Positions 1 to 10,455 of a DNA stretch of 64,000 nucleotides are shown piece by piece. Both the position numbers and the translations under genes were made by a program. Source of the stretch: Raja brachyura. Taxonomy: Eukaryota. The stretch covers positions 18,724,001 through 18,788,000 of the forward strand of contig OY740807.1 of the NCBI GenBank assembly GCA_963514005.1, read 5' to 3'. Numbering within the stretch: position 1 is the first letter of the stretch; every line of letters starts with the position of its first letter. A model generated the notes under the pieces. The model worked only from the letters and a program-made list of their open reading frames with translations, was not told the DNA's origin and did no database searches.

Positions 1-183
1 AACCACACACACAATACTCCAGGTGCGGCTGAAGCAATATTGTGCCAGGACCTCCATGCACCGGCTAATGAAGGCAAGTTTCCTGGAGCCCTTCTTCACC
101 ATCTTACCTGCCTGTGTTTTGCAGTCTGCAGGGATCTTTAGACTGATACAATGGGGTTTTTTTTATTCCTCAATAATCCTTAT

Positions 184-500
184 GGGGCTGTCCCACTGTA
201 TGAGGTAATTCAAGAGTTCTCCCGAGTTTCCCCCGATTCGAACTCGGAGAATTACAGTAATAGCCGCTCATAGGTACTCGGGGCTCTCGTGGATATTTTT
301 CAACATGTTGAAAAATCATCGCGAGTCTTTACGAGCTTACCACATTTTCCTAGTACCTGCTGTTAGCGTTACGAGCCGCTAAGAGGCGTCCCGAGCTCCG
401 ACATACCCGCAACGTACATTCTACCTGCTTACCACGAGTTTGATTTTTTTTTTAAAACTCGGAAGAGCTCTTGGGTAAACTCGTACAGTGGGACAGGCCC
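184..500. mobile_element. Non-autonomous DNA transposon (MITE), Harbinger-like
   Basis: TIRs ggggctgtcccactgtatga / tcgtacagtgggacaggccc, TTA/TAA-like flanks, internal 22-bp palindrome at 295-316. Confidence 0.75.
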
Positions 501-824
501 ATAAGGATCCTACCTTTCACAGTGCCCTACCGTTAATGGACTCAAGAGCCACAGAGACATCCAGCATTAAATTAGGCCCTTCAGCCCAACTTGTCCATGC
601 CACCCAAGAAGCCTCATTCCTGCGTGTTTAGCCCATTTCCATAGTCTCCCCAAAATGCATCATCTTACACTCACTGCTCCATCAATATTATTCTGCTGTT
701 AAGACAAGCCTCCTCACTACCAATTGTGACGTAACATTGGGTAGGAGCCACAAGGTACATGGTATTGGACACCAAAATGGTATTGTACCCAACAAATGGT
801 ATTGCGGACTACATGCCCCTAACA

Positions 825-1373
825 ACTCTCATCAACTTCTACAGATGCGCCATAGAAAGCATTTTATCACGATGCATCACAGCATAGTTTGAACCATAGA
901 TACATCTCAGCTCCATCCAAGACCACAAGAAATTGCCAGAGAATTGTGGAGGCAGCCCAAACCATCACACAAACCAACCTCCTCCCTTCCATTTAAACCT
1001 CACGCTTCCTTGGCGAGTACAATCAAGGACGAGTCGCAACCTGGGTTCTCCCCTCTCCCATCAGGCAAAAAGGTATTAAAGTGTGAAAATGCTCACCTTC
1101 AGATTCAGCAACAGTTTCTTCCCAGCTGAACCATCTTACCACAACTCGAGAGCAGTCCTAAACTACTATCTATCTCATTGGAGACCCTCGGGCTATCTTT
1201 GATCAGACTTTATGGCCTTTACATTGGACTAAACATTATTCATGCTGTTCCCTTTGTCATGTATCTGTACACTATGGGGATGGCTCGATTGCAATCATGT
1301 GTTGTCTTTCCGCTGACTGGTTAGCATGCAACAAAAGCTTTTCTCTGTACCTCAGTACACGTGACAATAAACT
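825..1373 (+). mobile_element. Rex1/Babar-like LINE 3' fragment
   Basis: Degenerate RT C-terminus (NFYRCAIESIL..CIT....QDHKKL) and a 3' end aaaagcttttctctgtacctcagtacacgtgacaataaact. Confidence 0.65.
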
Positions 1374-1401
1374 TGGACGTTAGCCAAGCGAGTAAAGCTC
1401 A

Positions 1402-2082
<681 letters not shown>

Positions 2083-2161
2083 TCAAGGAAAACCTTTCAT
2101 ATCCCGTTGGGTCCCATCACAGCAGCTGTCTCCTTACGTCATCTTTATTTCCATTCTTTCA

Positions 2162-2678
2162 GGGGCCGCACAGTGGCGCAGCTGGTCGAGCTGCTGCCTC
2201 ATTATGTCAGGGACCCGGGATCGATCTTGATCTCGGGGACTGTCTGTGTGGAGTTTGCACGTTCTCTCTGTGACCATGACATCCCAAAGACATGAGAGTT
2301 TGTCATTTTCTCGGCCTCTATAAATTGCCCCCCAGTACAAGGGTTCCCAACCTGGGGTAAATTACCCCTGGAGGTATATTTTGCCTAACCAGGGGGTAAA
2401 TTTGTTGATTCTGGATTTGTTAAAAACAGTATTTTAAAATGTCCCCTTTGTCAGTTGCTTCATTATGGTAGAAGTGCCAACTCAAATTACTGAACAAAAA
2501 CAGGGTGGGGGTAAATTTACTTTCGAAAAGTTGCCTGGGGTAAACGGGATGAAAAAGGTTGGGAACGCTTGCCCTAGTGTGTAGAGTGCAAAAGTGGGAT
2601 AAGATAGATAAAGTGATATGATGGTCGACGTGGTCTTGGCGGATTGAAGGACTTATTTCCATGCTGTATCTTTCAATC
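2162..2678 (+). mobile_element. HE1/V-SINE-like tRNA-derived SINE, interrupted by a hAT MITE
   Basis: tRNA-like head (gtggcgcagctgg...ggatcgatc), core ctgtctgtgtggagtttgcacgttctc, tail ...gctgtatctttcaat. Confidence 0.8.
2338..2571. mobile_element. hAT (Charlie-like) MITE
   Basis: TIRs caagggttcccaacct / aggttgggaacgcttg; degenerate 8-bp TSD ccccagta / ccctagtg; subterminal ggggtaaa repeats. Confidence 0.8.
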
Positions 2679-2835
2679 CATCGGGTGAATTACATGAATG
2701 TCCCAGTGGCCCCATGTTCATTGTAACAGAAGTCAACTGCTCAAAATCACAATGCCTGCTTGTGGGAACAAATCAATCCCTGTCATTGTCCTTCCCCTTT
2801 GATCCAGCTGACTAACTATGCCTCAGTCACAAAAC

Positions 2836-2889
2836 GGGGTGGGAGATTGCAACCTTCGCGTGGCCCGCCCTGTTTCGACTAATGCAATC
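2836..2889 (+). ncRNA. Minimal HDV/CPEB3-like self-cleaving ribozyme (predicted)
   Basis: P1 GGGGTGG/CCGCCCT, P2 GATTGCA/TGCAATC, P3 ACC/GGC, L3 TTCGCGT, P1.1 partner GT, J4/2 CTAA with putative catalytic C at 2879. Confidence 0.75.
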
Positions 2890-2972
2890 AACTCGACGTG
2901 CACAAACGGAAGATCAAATAGAACAAGTTGTCCAACAACTTTAGGCTGTGCACGCCACACAAAAGAAGAAGT
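2836..2972 (+). mobile_element. Short non-autonomous retroelement with 5' HDV-like ribozyme and (GAA)n tail, copy 1
   Basis: Perfect 11-bp TSD agtcacaaaac at 2825-2835 and 2973-2983; homologous copies at 19754-19861 and 40636-40771. Confidence 0.85.
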
Positions 2973-3705
2973 AGTCACAAAACATCCTCAATGAATTCCC
3001 TTCAGAGAAACAATTTCAATGTGCCCAGAAAATCACTTGCCTAGTTAGTGTCGGGGGCGATTCTTGCAAATCCTGCTTCCACGTTTCATCCTGCATGAGC
3101 CGTGAATTGAAAAAGTCTTTGATGCGCAACACAATAACTGGGTTAGCTCGACCTCTCAGAGGTGACAGCCTGTCCCCTCTCTCAGATCATCTGCATTTTC
3201 CTGCCGTCATAAGCTATGCTTTGAACTTTCAGTGAGGGATATTTATTCCTTCATCTAGAAATGTTATTGATTTAAAAAAAAACCCTGCATCTGCCAACTT
3301 TTCCATTATAAATGTACACATCTACATTTAAGACAGCAGCTGCCCAAGTAAACCAGATTATCAAACACCTCCACATTTTTTTTCAGCACCCTCCCTTCAC
3401 CAGACTGAATACAGAGGTAGACTTCTCCCTGAATCCTGTTCATTCCTTTACCACATAATCTCTGTTCCTCCGTGGCTCACATCTCTTCACTTTCGACCAT
3501 TATCTTGCACATTGGCACCGACTTCTACTTCAGCGCTTTTTTCTTGTTGGAAGCCTTGACTTGAGACGCCTTTTCAACTCAGTTTTTTAACCTGTGGAAT
3601 TCTCCCTGCTTTGCTCCTTGCTTGCTACATAAATGTTTAACACGGCTAAGCAAGGCGCACCATCGACCTGATGTCTTTGTTCCTCTCCTTTTGCAACCTT
3701 CTATT

Positions 3706-3914
3706 AGACACACAGTGCTGGAGCAACTCAGCGGGTCAGGCAGCATCTTTGGAGAATAAGGAAGGGCGACGTTTTGGGTCGGAATCCGTCTTCAGTTCCA
3801 CCCGAAACGTCACCCATCCTTTGTCTCCCAGAATGCTGCTTGTCCCGCTGAGTTACTCCAGCACCGTGTGTCTATCTTCGGTGTAAATCAGCATCTGCTG
3901 TTCCATTCTACACA
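3706..3914. mobile_element. Penelope-like terminal repeat, fold-back pair
   Basis: tagacacacagtgctggag...gacgttttggg followed by cccgaaacgtcacc...ctccagcaccgtgtgtcta in inverted orientation. Confidence 0.7.
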
Positions 3915-4379
3915 ACTTCCCCTTTCATTTTTCTTTCCAAATTTAACGTGGCTAGAAACTTGATCATGCTTAGAATAAGCCATCTTTCTGATGTTTTCGA
4001 GTTCATTTACTGAAACCAGCACGGGGATCACCTTGTTCCTCATTGACCCTGTACAAACACTGGAGGAGCTCCAGTTAGTGTGGAATAGGTCAAAATCTTT
4101 CATCTTTTGTAATTTGTTTTTCTGTGCAGACATCTCTAAACTCCGTTTAATCACCTCTACATAACGCAGTCCAAGTCGTGTTATTAACTCGTCTCCTCCT
4201 TTGCAGTGAATGTGTGTTTATAAATGGAGCCAACTTAATGTCAGAATGAAACGATCATTTCTTGCACTATAATGAATTGTTAACTCACTAACTGCATTGC
4301 TAAAATGTTATAAATTCTTATATCTTCTGAATTTGTAGTCGGCAGGGCAATACTCTGCATGTCGCCAACTTGGATGTGT

Positions 4380-5160
4380 TGTGCATGCTAACGTGCTGTT
4401 AGTGCCCCTTTAAAACTATCTAGTGAAGATGATTTTACTATATTATTGTCTAGTTTATTCCAGTCCCTTAAGGTTCTTACAAAGAATGAGTTCTTATAAA
4501 TATCTGTCCTGGCGAATGAGATTTCTATTTGCATATCATTTCTCTTTCTTGTTCTCCTTTCTGTTGAGTATGTTATGTATCTATCTGCAGCTATGCCCAC
4601 AATCCCCTTTTGAATCTTGTACAACATGGCTAGTCTGCTCCTTGCCCTTCTTGTTTCCAGCGTTTCCCGCTGCAGGTCGGACAGCATCTGGGTGACACTG
4701 CTACCTCTATTGTAGTTTGCGATGCAAAAGCGTGCTGCTTTCCTCTGTACCCCTTCTAGTTTGTTGATATGACCAGTTTTGTAAGAGTCCCAGGCGCATG
4801 AAGTGTATTCCAGTAAGCGTCTAACCAATGTCGTACATGCTGAGGTTTTCACTTCAATAGGGCAGAAGCAGAGGTTTCGTCTAAGGAATCCTAGTGATCC
4901 TAGTTGGCTTTAGTGACCGTGTTGTCCACGTGTTCCCCTCACGAAAGCTTGCTATTAAGATTCACTCCAAGGTATGGTTGTGAACTTGTGCGATGAAGTA
5001 TTTGTCCACAGAACACGTAGTCTCGAGTAGGTGGTTTATTCTTGTTTGAAATTACCTAATTGAGCATTTGGTTGGGTTGAAGCTCATCTTCCATGTGTTT
5101 TCCCATAAATCCAAGGACTTAAAGCCTTCTTGTAATGAGTTCATATCCTTTACATCAGTG
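4380..5160 (-). mobile_element. CR1/L2-group LINE RT C-terminal fragment, distinct from HER1
   Basis: ORF 4388-4852 has LVR.LLEY...WD...LEGVQRKAARF...SVT.ML..L...LE.RR...SFF.RT.RDWN.L; the upstream part is frameshifted. Confidence 0.8.
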
Positions 5161-5405
5161 GCAGGTGTCATATCCTCTACACAGTGACTGATATAAAGAA
5201 GCTAAAAATACTCAGTTACTAACTTTGTCCTTTCTATCCTCCCTGTACATCCCGTGGGGTTGAGAAGGAAAGATAGATCAGCCAAGAATGAATGGCGGAG
5301 TGGACATTATGGGCTGAATGGCCTAATTCTGCTCCTAGAACTTATTAATAGGTTAACTAACGCTTAACCTCCATGCCATCTGCTCCATGCCCGCATTCCT
5401 TGTTC

Positions 5406-5695
5406 GTCCCACAGGCAATTTTTTTTGGCGACTAGGCTGTCGCCACATGGTCGCGGTGTGACGCCTACATCAACGGGCGCTAGGTACCGGCGACTGAATT
5501 GTCGCCGACAGGGTCGCTGCTCGTCGTAGCTTGTCGCAGGTGGACGTAGGTTGACTTTGGTTGTCGCCTGTGCGCTCGTAGGTGGACAACCTAATAGATC
5601 ACCAGTTGTCGGAACCTTGCTTTTTCGACTTCCTGCTACGACTGTGACAGTTGCCGGCAGTCGCCGAAACAAATCGCCTAAGTAGGACAGGCCCT
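5406..5695. mobile_element. Harbinger-like MITE, left TIR truncated
   Basis: Right end aagtaggacaggccct-taa matches the TIR family at 184-500; internal gtcgcc/gtcgta repeats; subterminal inverted ttttggcgact / agtcgccgaaa. Confidence 0.65.
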
Positions 5696-5865
5696 TAAAG
5701 GTGAACATACCTAGTCACTGTCAGGCTCCATTCACCAGGCTGCATTGCAGGCTGTTGGTACGAGAGCTGTGCCCAGCACAACCCACTTCCTGATTTATTC
5801 ACAGAATCAATCTGTAAATTGCAATTATTAATAATAACTCAACATCCCACCACAGCAGAAATTCA

Positions 5866-6093
<228 letters not shown>

Positions 6094-6204
6094 TCACCAT
6101 TGACCCTGTTTATGCAACGTCATACTGGCTTCAAGCAAACTGGCTTCCTGCGGATGGTAGGCTCTGGCACTCGCCCAGTAATGGAGTGCAGAGGTGGGTT
6201 AAAG

Positions 6205-6556
6205 TGAGGGCACACGCACGTTATATTTGGCTTGGGCAGCTTACAACATTGATTTCTCTAATTTCAAGTAGCCCTTGCATCCCTCCTTCCATCCCTCCAC
6301 CCCCTCGTTAGTTGTCATATTAGTTCCAATGTTCACATTCTTGTATCCCACTTCGCCAGCCACCAATAGTCCATTATGGGCTCCACCCTTCTTTGGTCAT
6401 CTGTTGCCAGCCCTGCTTTGGCCTCGTCTTATCTCCAGTTCCCTCCCCATAACTTTCAGTTTGAAGAAGGGTCCCGACCCGAAACGTCACCCGTCCTCTT
6501 TCTCCAGAGATACTGCCTGACCCGCTGAGTTACTCCAGCATTTTGTGTCTATCTTA
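6205..6556 (+). mobile_element. Penelope-like element 3' fragment with degenerate hammerhead motif
   Basis: GIY-YIG C-terminal remnant (ttgggcagcttacaa..attgatttctctaatttcaagtag), pyrimidine-rich UTR, then ttgaagaagggtcccgacccgaaacgtc. Confidence 0.7.
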
Positions 6557-6834
6557 ATACTGTAAGTTAGAAGTTGGTATTCAGAGTATCGTGCAGCTAA
6601 ACCACAAACGCTAAAGGCTGTTGACAGATGAAGTTTGGATTCAGTGCCTGTGGTGCTGCAGTTGGGCAGGTGTTGACAGCAGTGGTTGAGGATGCAGTCC
6701 GCAGAGATTGGTTAGGTGTGGTGGACTGGCTCAGTCTACTATAGCGGCAAGGCTGACTGACAGCTAGATGTCCCCCTGGGCTCTTGCGGGGGCAGGAGGG
6801 GAGGGGACAGAGGTTCACATCCCAGTCGGAAAAA

Positions 6835-7365
6835 GGCACGGTGGCTCACTGGTAGACTTATAGCTCCAGAGAACTGGGTTCGATCCTGATGATGGGTGTT
6901 ATCTTTGGAGACTTCTCACGACCGTACAGGCTGTAGGGTCGTGAGAGGTCTCCTTTGGTCGTAAAAGGTCACCCGCGACATATCGCCAGGGGTCGCCCAT
7001 ATGGTCGTGAGAGGTCTATGGTCGTGAGAGGTCTCCAAAGAGTCGTAGCGTTTCTGGTCGCCGCTGAATTTTCAACATGTTGAAAATTTCAGCAACCTAT
7101 CGCGGGTGCCAGCAGTCGCCTGTATAGGTCGCGTAAGTGGGACAGGCCGTTAACGCAGTTTGAACATTCTCCCCGTGACCTGCGTGGGTTTTCCCAGGTT
7201 TCCTCCCACACCCCAAGGACGTACAGGTTTGTAGGTTAATTGGCTTTGGTAAAAATTGAAAATTATCCCTAGAGTAGGATAGTTTTAGTGTACGGGGATC
7301 ACTGGACGGCATGGAATCGGTGGGCCGAAGGGCCTGTTTCCACGCTGTATCTCTAAACTAAACTA
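6835..7365 (+). mobile_element. HE1/V-SINE-like SINE interrupted by a MITE
   Basis: Head 6835-6903, body resumes near 7154, tail gggccgaagggcctgtttcc...ctctaaactaaa. Confidence 0.8.
6905..7150. mobile_element. Harbinger-like MITE fragment nested in a SINE
   Basis: Right TIR aagtgggacaggccgt-taa, ggtcgtgagaggtct repeats, palindrome aattttcaacatgttgaaaatt at 7067-7088. Confidence 0.65.
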
Positions 7366-7863
7366 CAAAACGGGCCACAGATTAAATTTTGTTTTATTCA
7401 TTCGATGAATGCAGGCTGACCCAGCATTTAATTGTCTGCCTCTCGCCGTCCTTGAGAAAGGACATTAGAGGGTGAAATCTCGAGGGCTGCCGTGTCCTGT
7501 ATGAGGTAGAAGATTCACCATTTGCTGTCTGGATTGGACGACTGTAGTTATGGAGAAAGACTGAATACGCTGGGCTTGTTTTCCCTGGAGTGAAGGAGGC
7601 CGAGGGGTGACCTGATAGTGGGTATATAAATAAGATGCATAGAGTAGGTGGTCAGAATCATTTCACCTTAATTGGGGCCTCAAAAACAAGACAGCACATG
7701 TTCACGGTGAGACGACATAATCTTAAGGGAGATTCAAGGGGCTTGTTTGTTTCTATACATTGTGGTCGACATCTGGAACTTGCTGTCGGAGGTGGTGGTG
7801 GAATCAAATACAATCATGACATTTAAGAGACATTAGTATATTTTATATATTTCTATTGGGCCA

Positions 7864-8151
7864 TAAATAAGGATAAGGGGAGAGTCTTTTAGGACCGAGA
7901 TGAGAAAAACTTTTTTCACACAGAGTGGTGAATCTCTGGAATTCTCTGCCACAGAAGGTAGTCGAGGCCAGTTCATTGGCTATATTTAAGAGGGAGTTAG
8001 ATGTGGCCCTTGTGGCTTAGGGGATCAGGGGGTATGGAGAGAAGGCAGGTACAGGACACAAAGTTGGATGATCAGCCATGATCATATTGAATGGCGGTGC
8101 AGGCTCGAAGGGCCGAATGGCCTACTCCTGCACCTATTTTCTATGTTTCTA
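7864..8151 (+). mobile_element. HER1/CR1 LINE 3' end
   Basis: Conserved CR1 3' region (gtggtgaatctctggaattctctgccacag) ending gggccgaatggcctactcctgcacctattttctatgtttcta. Confidence 0.85.
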
Positions 8152-9029
8152 TAAGCAAGGAAATGCCTAAGGTTAAGGGAGAAATGGTCAGCAGGGATGT
8201 AGTGGGCTGAAGAGCCCGTTTCTGTGGCGTTTGACTCCGTGGCTCTTGTTCTAGATTATTGCGTTCGGGGAAACATCCTCCTGCATCCACCCTGTCCAGC
8301 TCCCTCAGGGTTGCGCATGGTTCTGACCATTTATTGCAAAGCTCGCTGACGCTCATTTTTAAAACCACAAATATTCTGATTTTCACCCTTGCAGCATGCT
8401 TCACAAAGGTAAAACAAACAAAGGCTGCAGTTAGTTGCAATTCAGCACTGCCGGATCCACTCTGAATCATAGGACGTGACATCATTTTTTTCCCCCCCGC
8501 TTACAATTAAGAAAAGCGGCGGTTTCCCTCCGGAGCTGAGGCCGAGGGAGAGCAGGAGCCAAGTCGTGCATCTGCCAACCCATGAGCTCACAGTGCAGGT
8601 GGCATTATGTGGAAACTCTTCCCATTGGAAAAAAGGTACTGCTATTCCTGGGAAACTGCCATCCAGAAACCACTGGGAAACTGGAACTGGTGGGAGCAGG
8701 ACAGGAAGAGCTGTACAAGGCATTAATTAAACGATTTGCCAAGTCGTGTCTGCAGCCAGATCTTTTCTACCTGGGCGCTGAAAGCTTTGCTGGCGTTTAA
8801 TGGTTTCGAACTGTATTTATATTAGTGGGATTCAAGTTCTCTGGGGAAAAAAAAAAAACTGCCTTCAGATACAGCAGAGGCATCCCAAAGCCTGGGAGCA
8901 GACACAGGGATTGCCAAAGGGACCAGGTCTACTTTAATGATCCACTTTGAATGGGTTCAGTATCTGGTCATTGTTTGATCGGCTCCTTATTGACGAGGAA
9001 TGTGTATGATGTCATGTGGAACAGGCAAC

Positions 9030-9130
9030 CTGACTGAAGAAGGGTCTCGACCCGAAACATCACCTATTGCATTTCTCCAGAGATGCTGTCTGACCTGCTG
9101 AGATACTCCAGTTTTTTTGTGTCTATCTTT
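9030..9130 (+). mobile_element. Penelope-like terminal fragment
   Basis: ctgaagaagggtctcgacccgaaacatcacc...ctccagagatgctg...tgtgtctatctt. Confidence 0.7.
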
Positions 9131-9689
9131 GGTGACATTTAAAGGCAGATGGTGAAGAGGTGAAGTGAAGGTGTCCCAGACAGAACACGTGCTCTTGATT
9201 GGGTGCTGCCCTGGGGTGCGTTGGTGGGGAAGGTACAATGTAAGGGGCCTGAAGACTCCCCAGAGAGGGCAGCAGGACACGTGCCGGCCATAAGGCTCAA
9301 GCCTGCCAGTTGTTCAATGACTTGGCTGTGAATGGCCAAGAGCAGGAAATCAGCTTTGAATGGCAGCTCCCTTCAACTGCACTGCTGCCCTCTGACCCTG
9401 GCCATTTCGGCACAAATCCCGCCCAGCAGCACCTGCATCTCACACCTTCAGGCTGCACCGCAACCTTGCAGTCACAGCACGGGTGCAGGGCTCACACCCA
9501 CGTCACGCAGCCAATCTCAGCAGCAGCAACTCTCTACACCACCTCCTTCCCTCTAGAGGAGAGTTGACCCACCACACCCGACTCCCAGTCCGGTCCTTCA
9601 TGGCGGCAGGCGTTAGAGGCCCTGGAACAAGGACTTGACAGGCACTAGGCCTGCACTCGCTGGAGTTTAGGAGGAGGGAGAACTGCACG

Positions 9690-9929
9690 GAAACTTACCG
9701 AATAGTGAAAGGCCTGGATAGAGTGAATGTGGAGAGGATGTTTCTAATAGTGGGACAGTCTAGGACCAGAAGCCATAGTCACAGAAGTAAAGGACATACC
9801 TTTAGAAGGGAGATAATAAGGAATTAATTTAGTCAGAGGGAAGTGAATCTGTGTAATTCATTCCCAAGGATGGCTGTGGAGGCCTAGAAAATGTATATTT
9901 GGCGGAGATGACAGTACAGATGTCAGGGT

Positions 9930-9968
<39 letters not shown>

Positions 9969-10052
9969 AGGCAGGAGAATGGGGTTTAGGGGAAAAGATG
10001 GATCAGCCATGATTAAATGGGCCGAATGGCCTAATTCGGCTCCTAGAACTTA
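9690..10052 (+). mobile_element. CR1 LINE 3' fragment containing a poly-G run
   Basis: ETYRIVKGLDRV...FL.VG.SRTR.H-like sequence and a gggccgaatggcctaattc tail. Confidence 0.8.
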
Positions 10053-10180
10053 TGCCAGGGTTGATGGTATCCACACAGTGTACATTCCTCGTCACATCTC
10101 TACTCACGACCCGTCACATCCGTGTCTGAGTTACACACTGCAAATGCTACAAGAATTAACTCATTAAGCATTTTGTGCTT

Positions 10181-10455
10181 AAGAAGGAACTGCAGATGCT
10201 GGAACAATCGAAAAATTTTGCTTGGGTTTACACCCCAACGGTATGAACATTGACTTCTCTAATTTCAGGTAGTCATTGCTTTCTCCCTCCTTCCCTGCTC
10301 TCCTACATAGCCTAATGTATCCGCCTATTCCTTTCTTTCCCCCCCCCCACCCCGACATCAGTCTGAAGAAGGGTCTCGACCCGAAACGTCACCTCCTCCT
10401 TTTCCCCCATAGATGCTGCCTCACCTGCTGAGTTTCTCCAGCATTTTTTGTCTAC
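10181..10455 (+). mobile_element. Penelope-like element 3' end with intact minimal hammerhead motif
   Basis: Encodes LGLHPNGMNIDFSNFR* (GIY-YIG C-terminus typical of Penelope-like ORFs), followed by CTGAAGA-A-GGGTC-TC-GACCC-GAAA-CGTC at 10363-10390. Confidence 0.75.
10361..10392 (+). ncRNA. Minimal type I hammerhead ribozyme motif (predicted)
   Basis: CUGANGA box, stem II GGGUC/GACCC, GAAA box, palindromic ACGU helix III, GUC cleavage triplet; helix I is only 2 bp (gt/ac). Confidence 0.55.

Noticed and set aside
301-310. caacatgttg as a p53 response element
   Set aside because: It is a single imperfect half-site inside a MITE palindrome.
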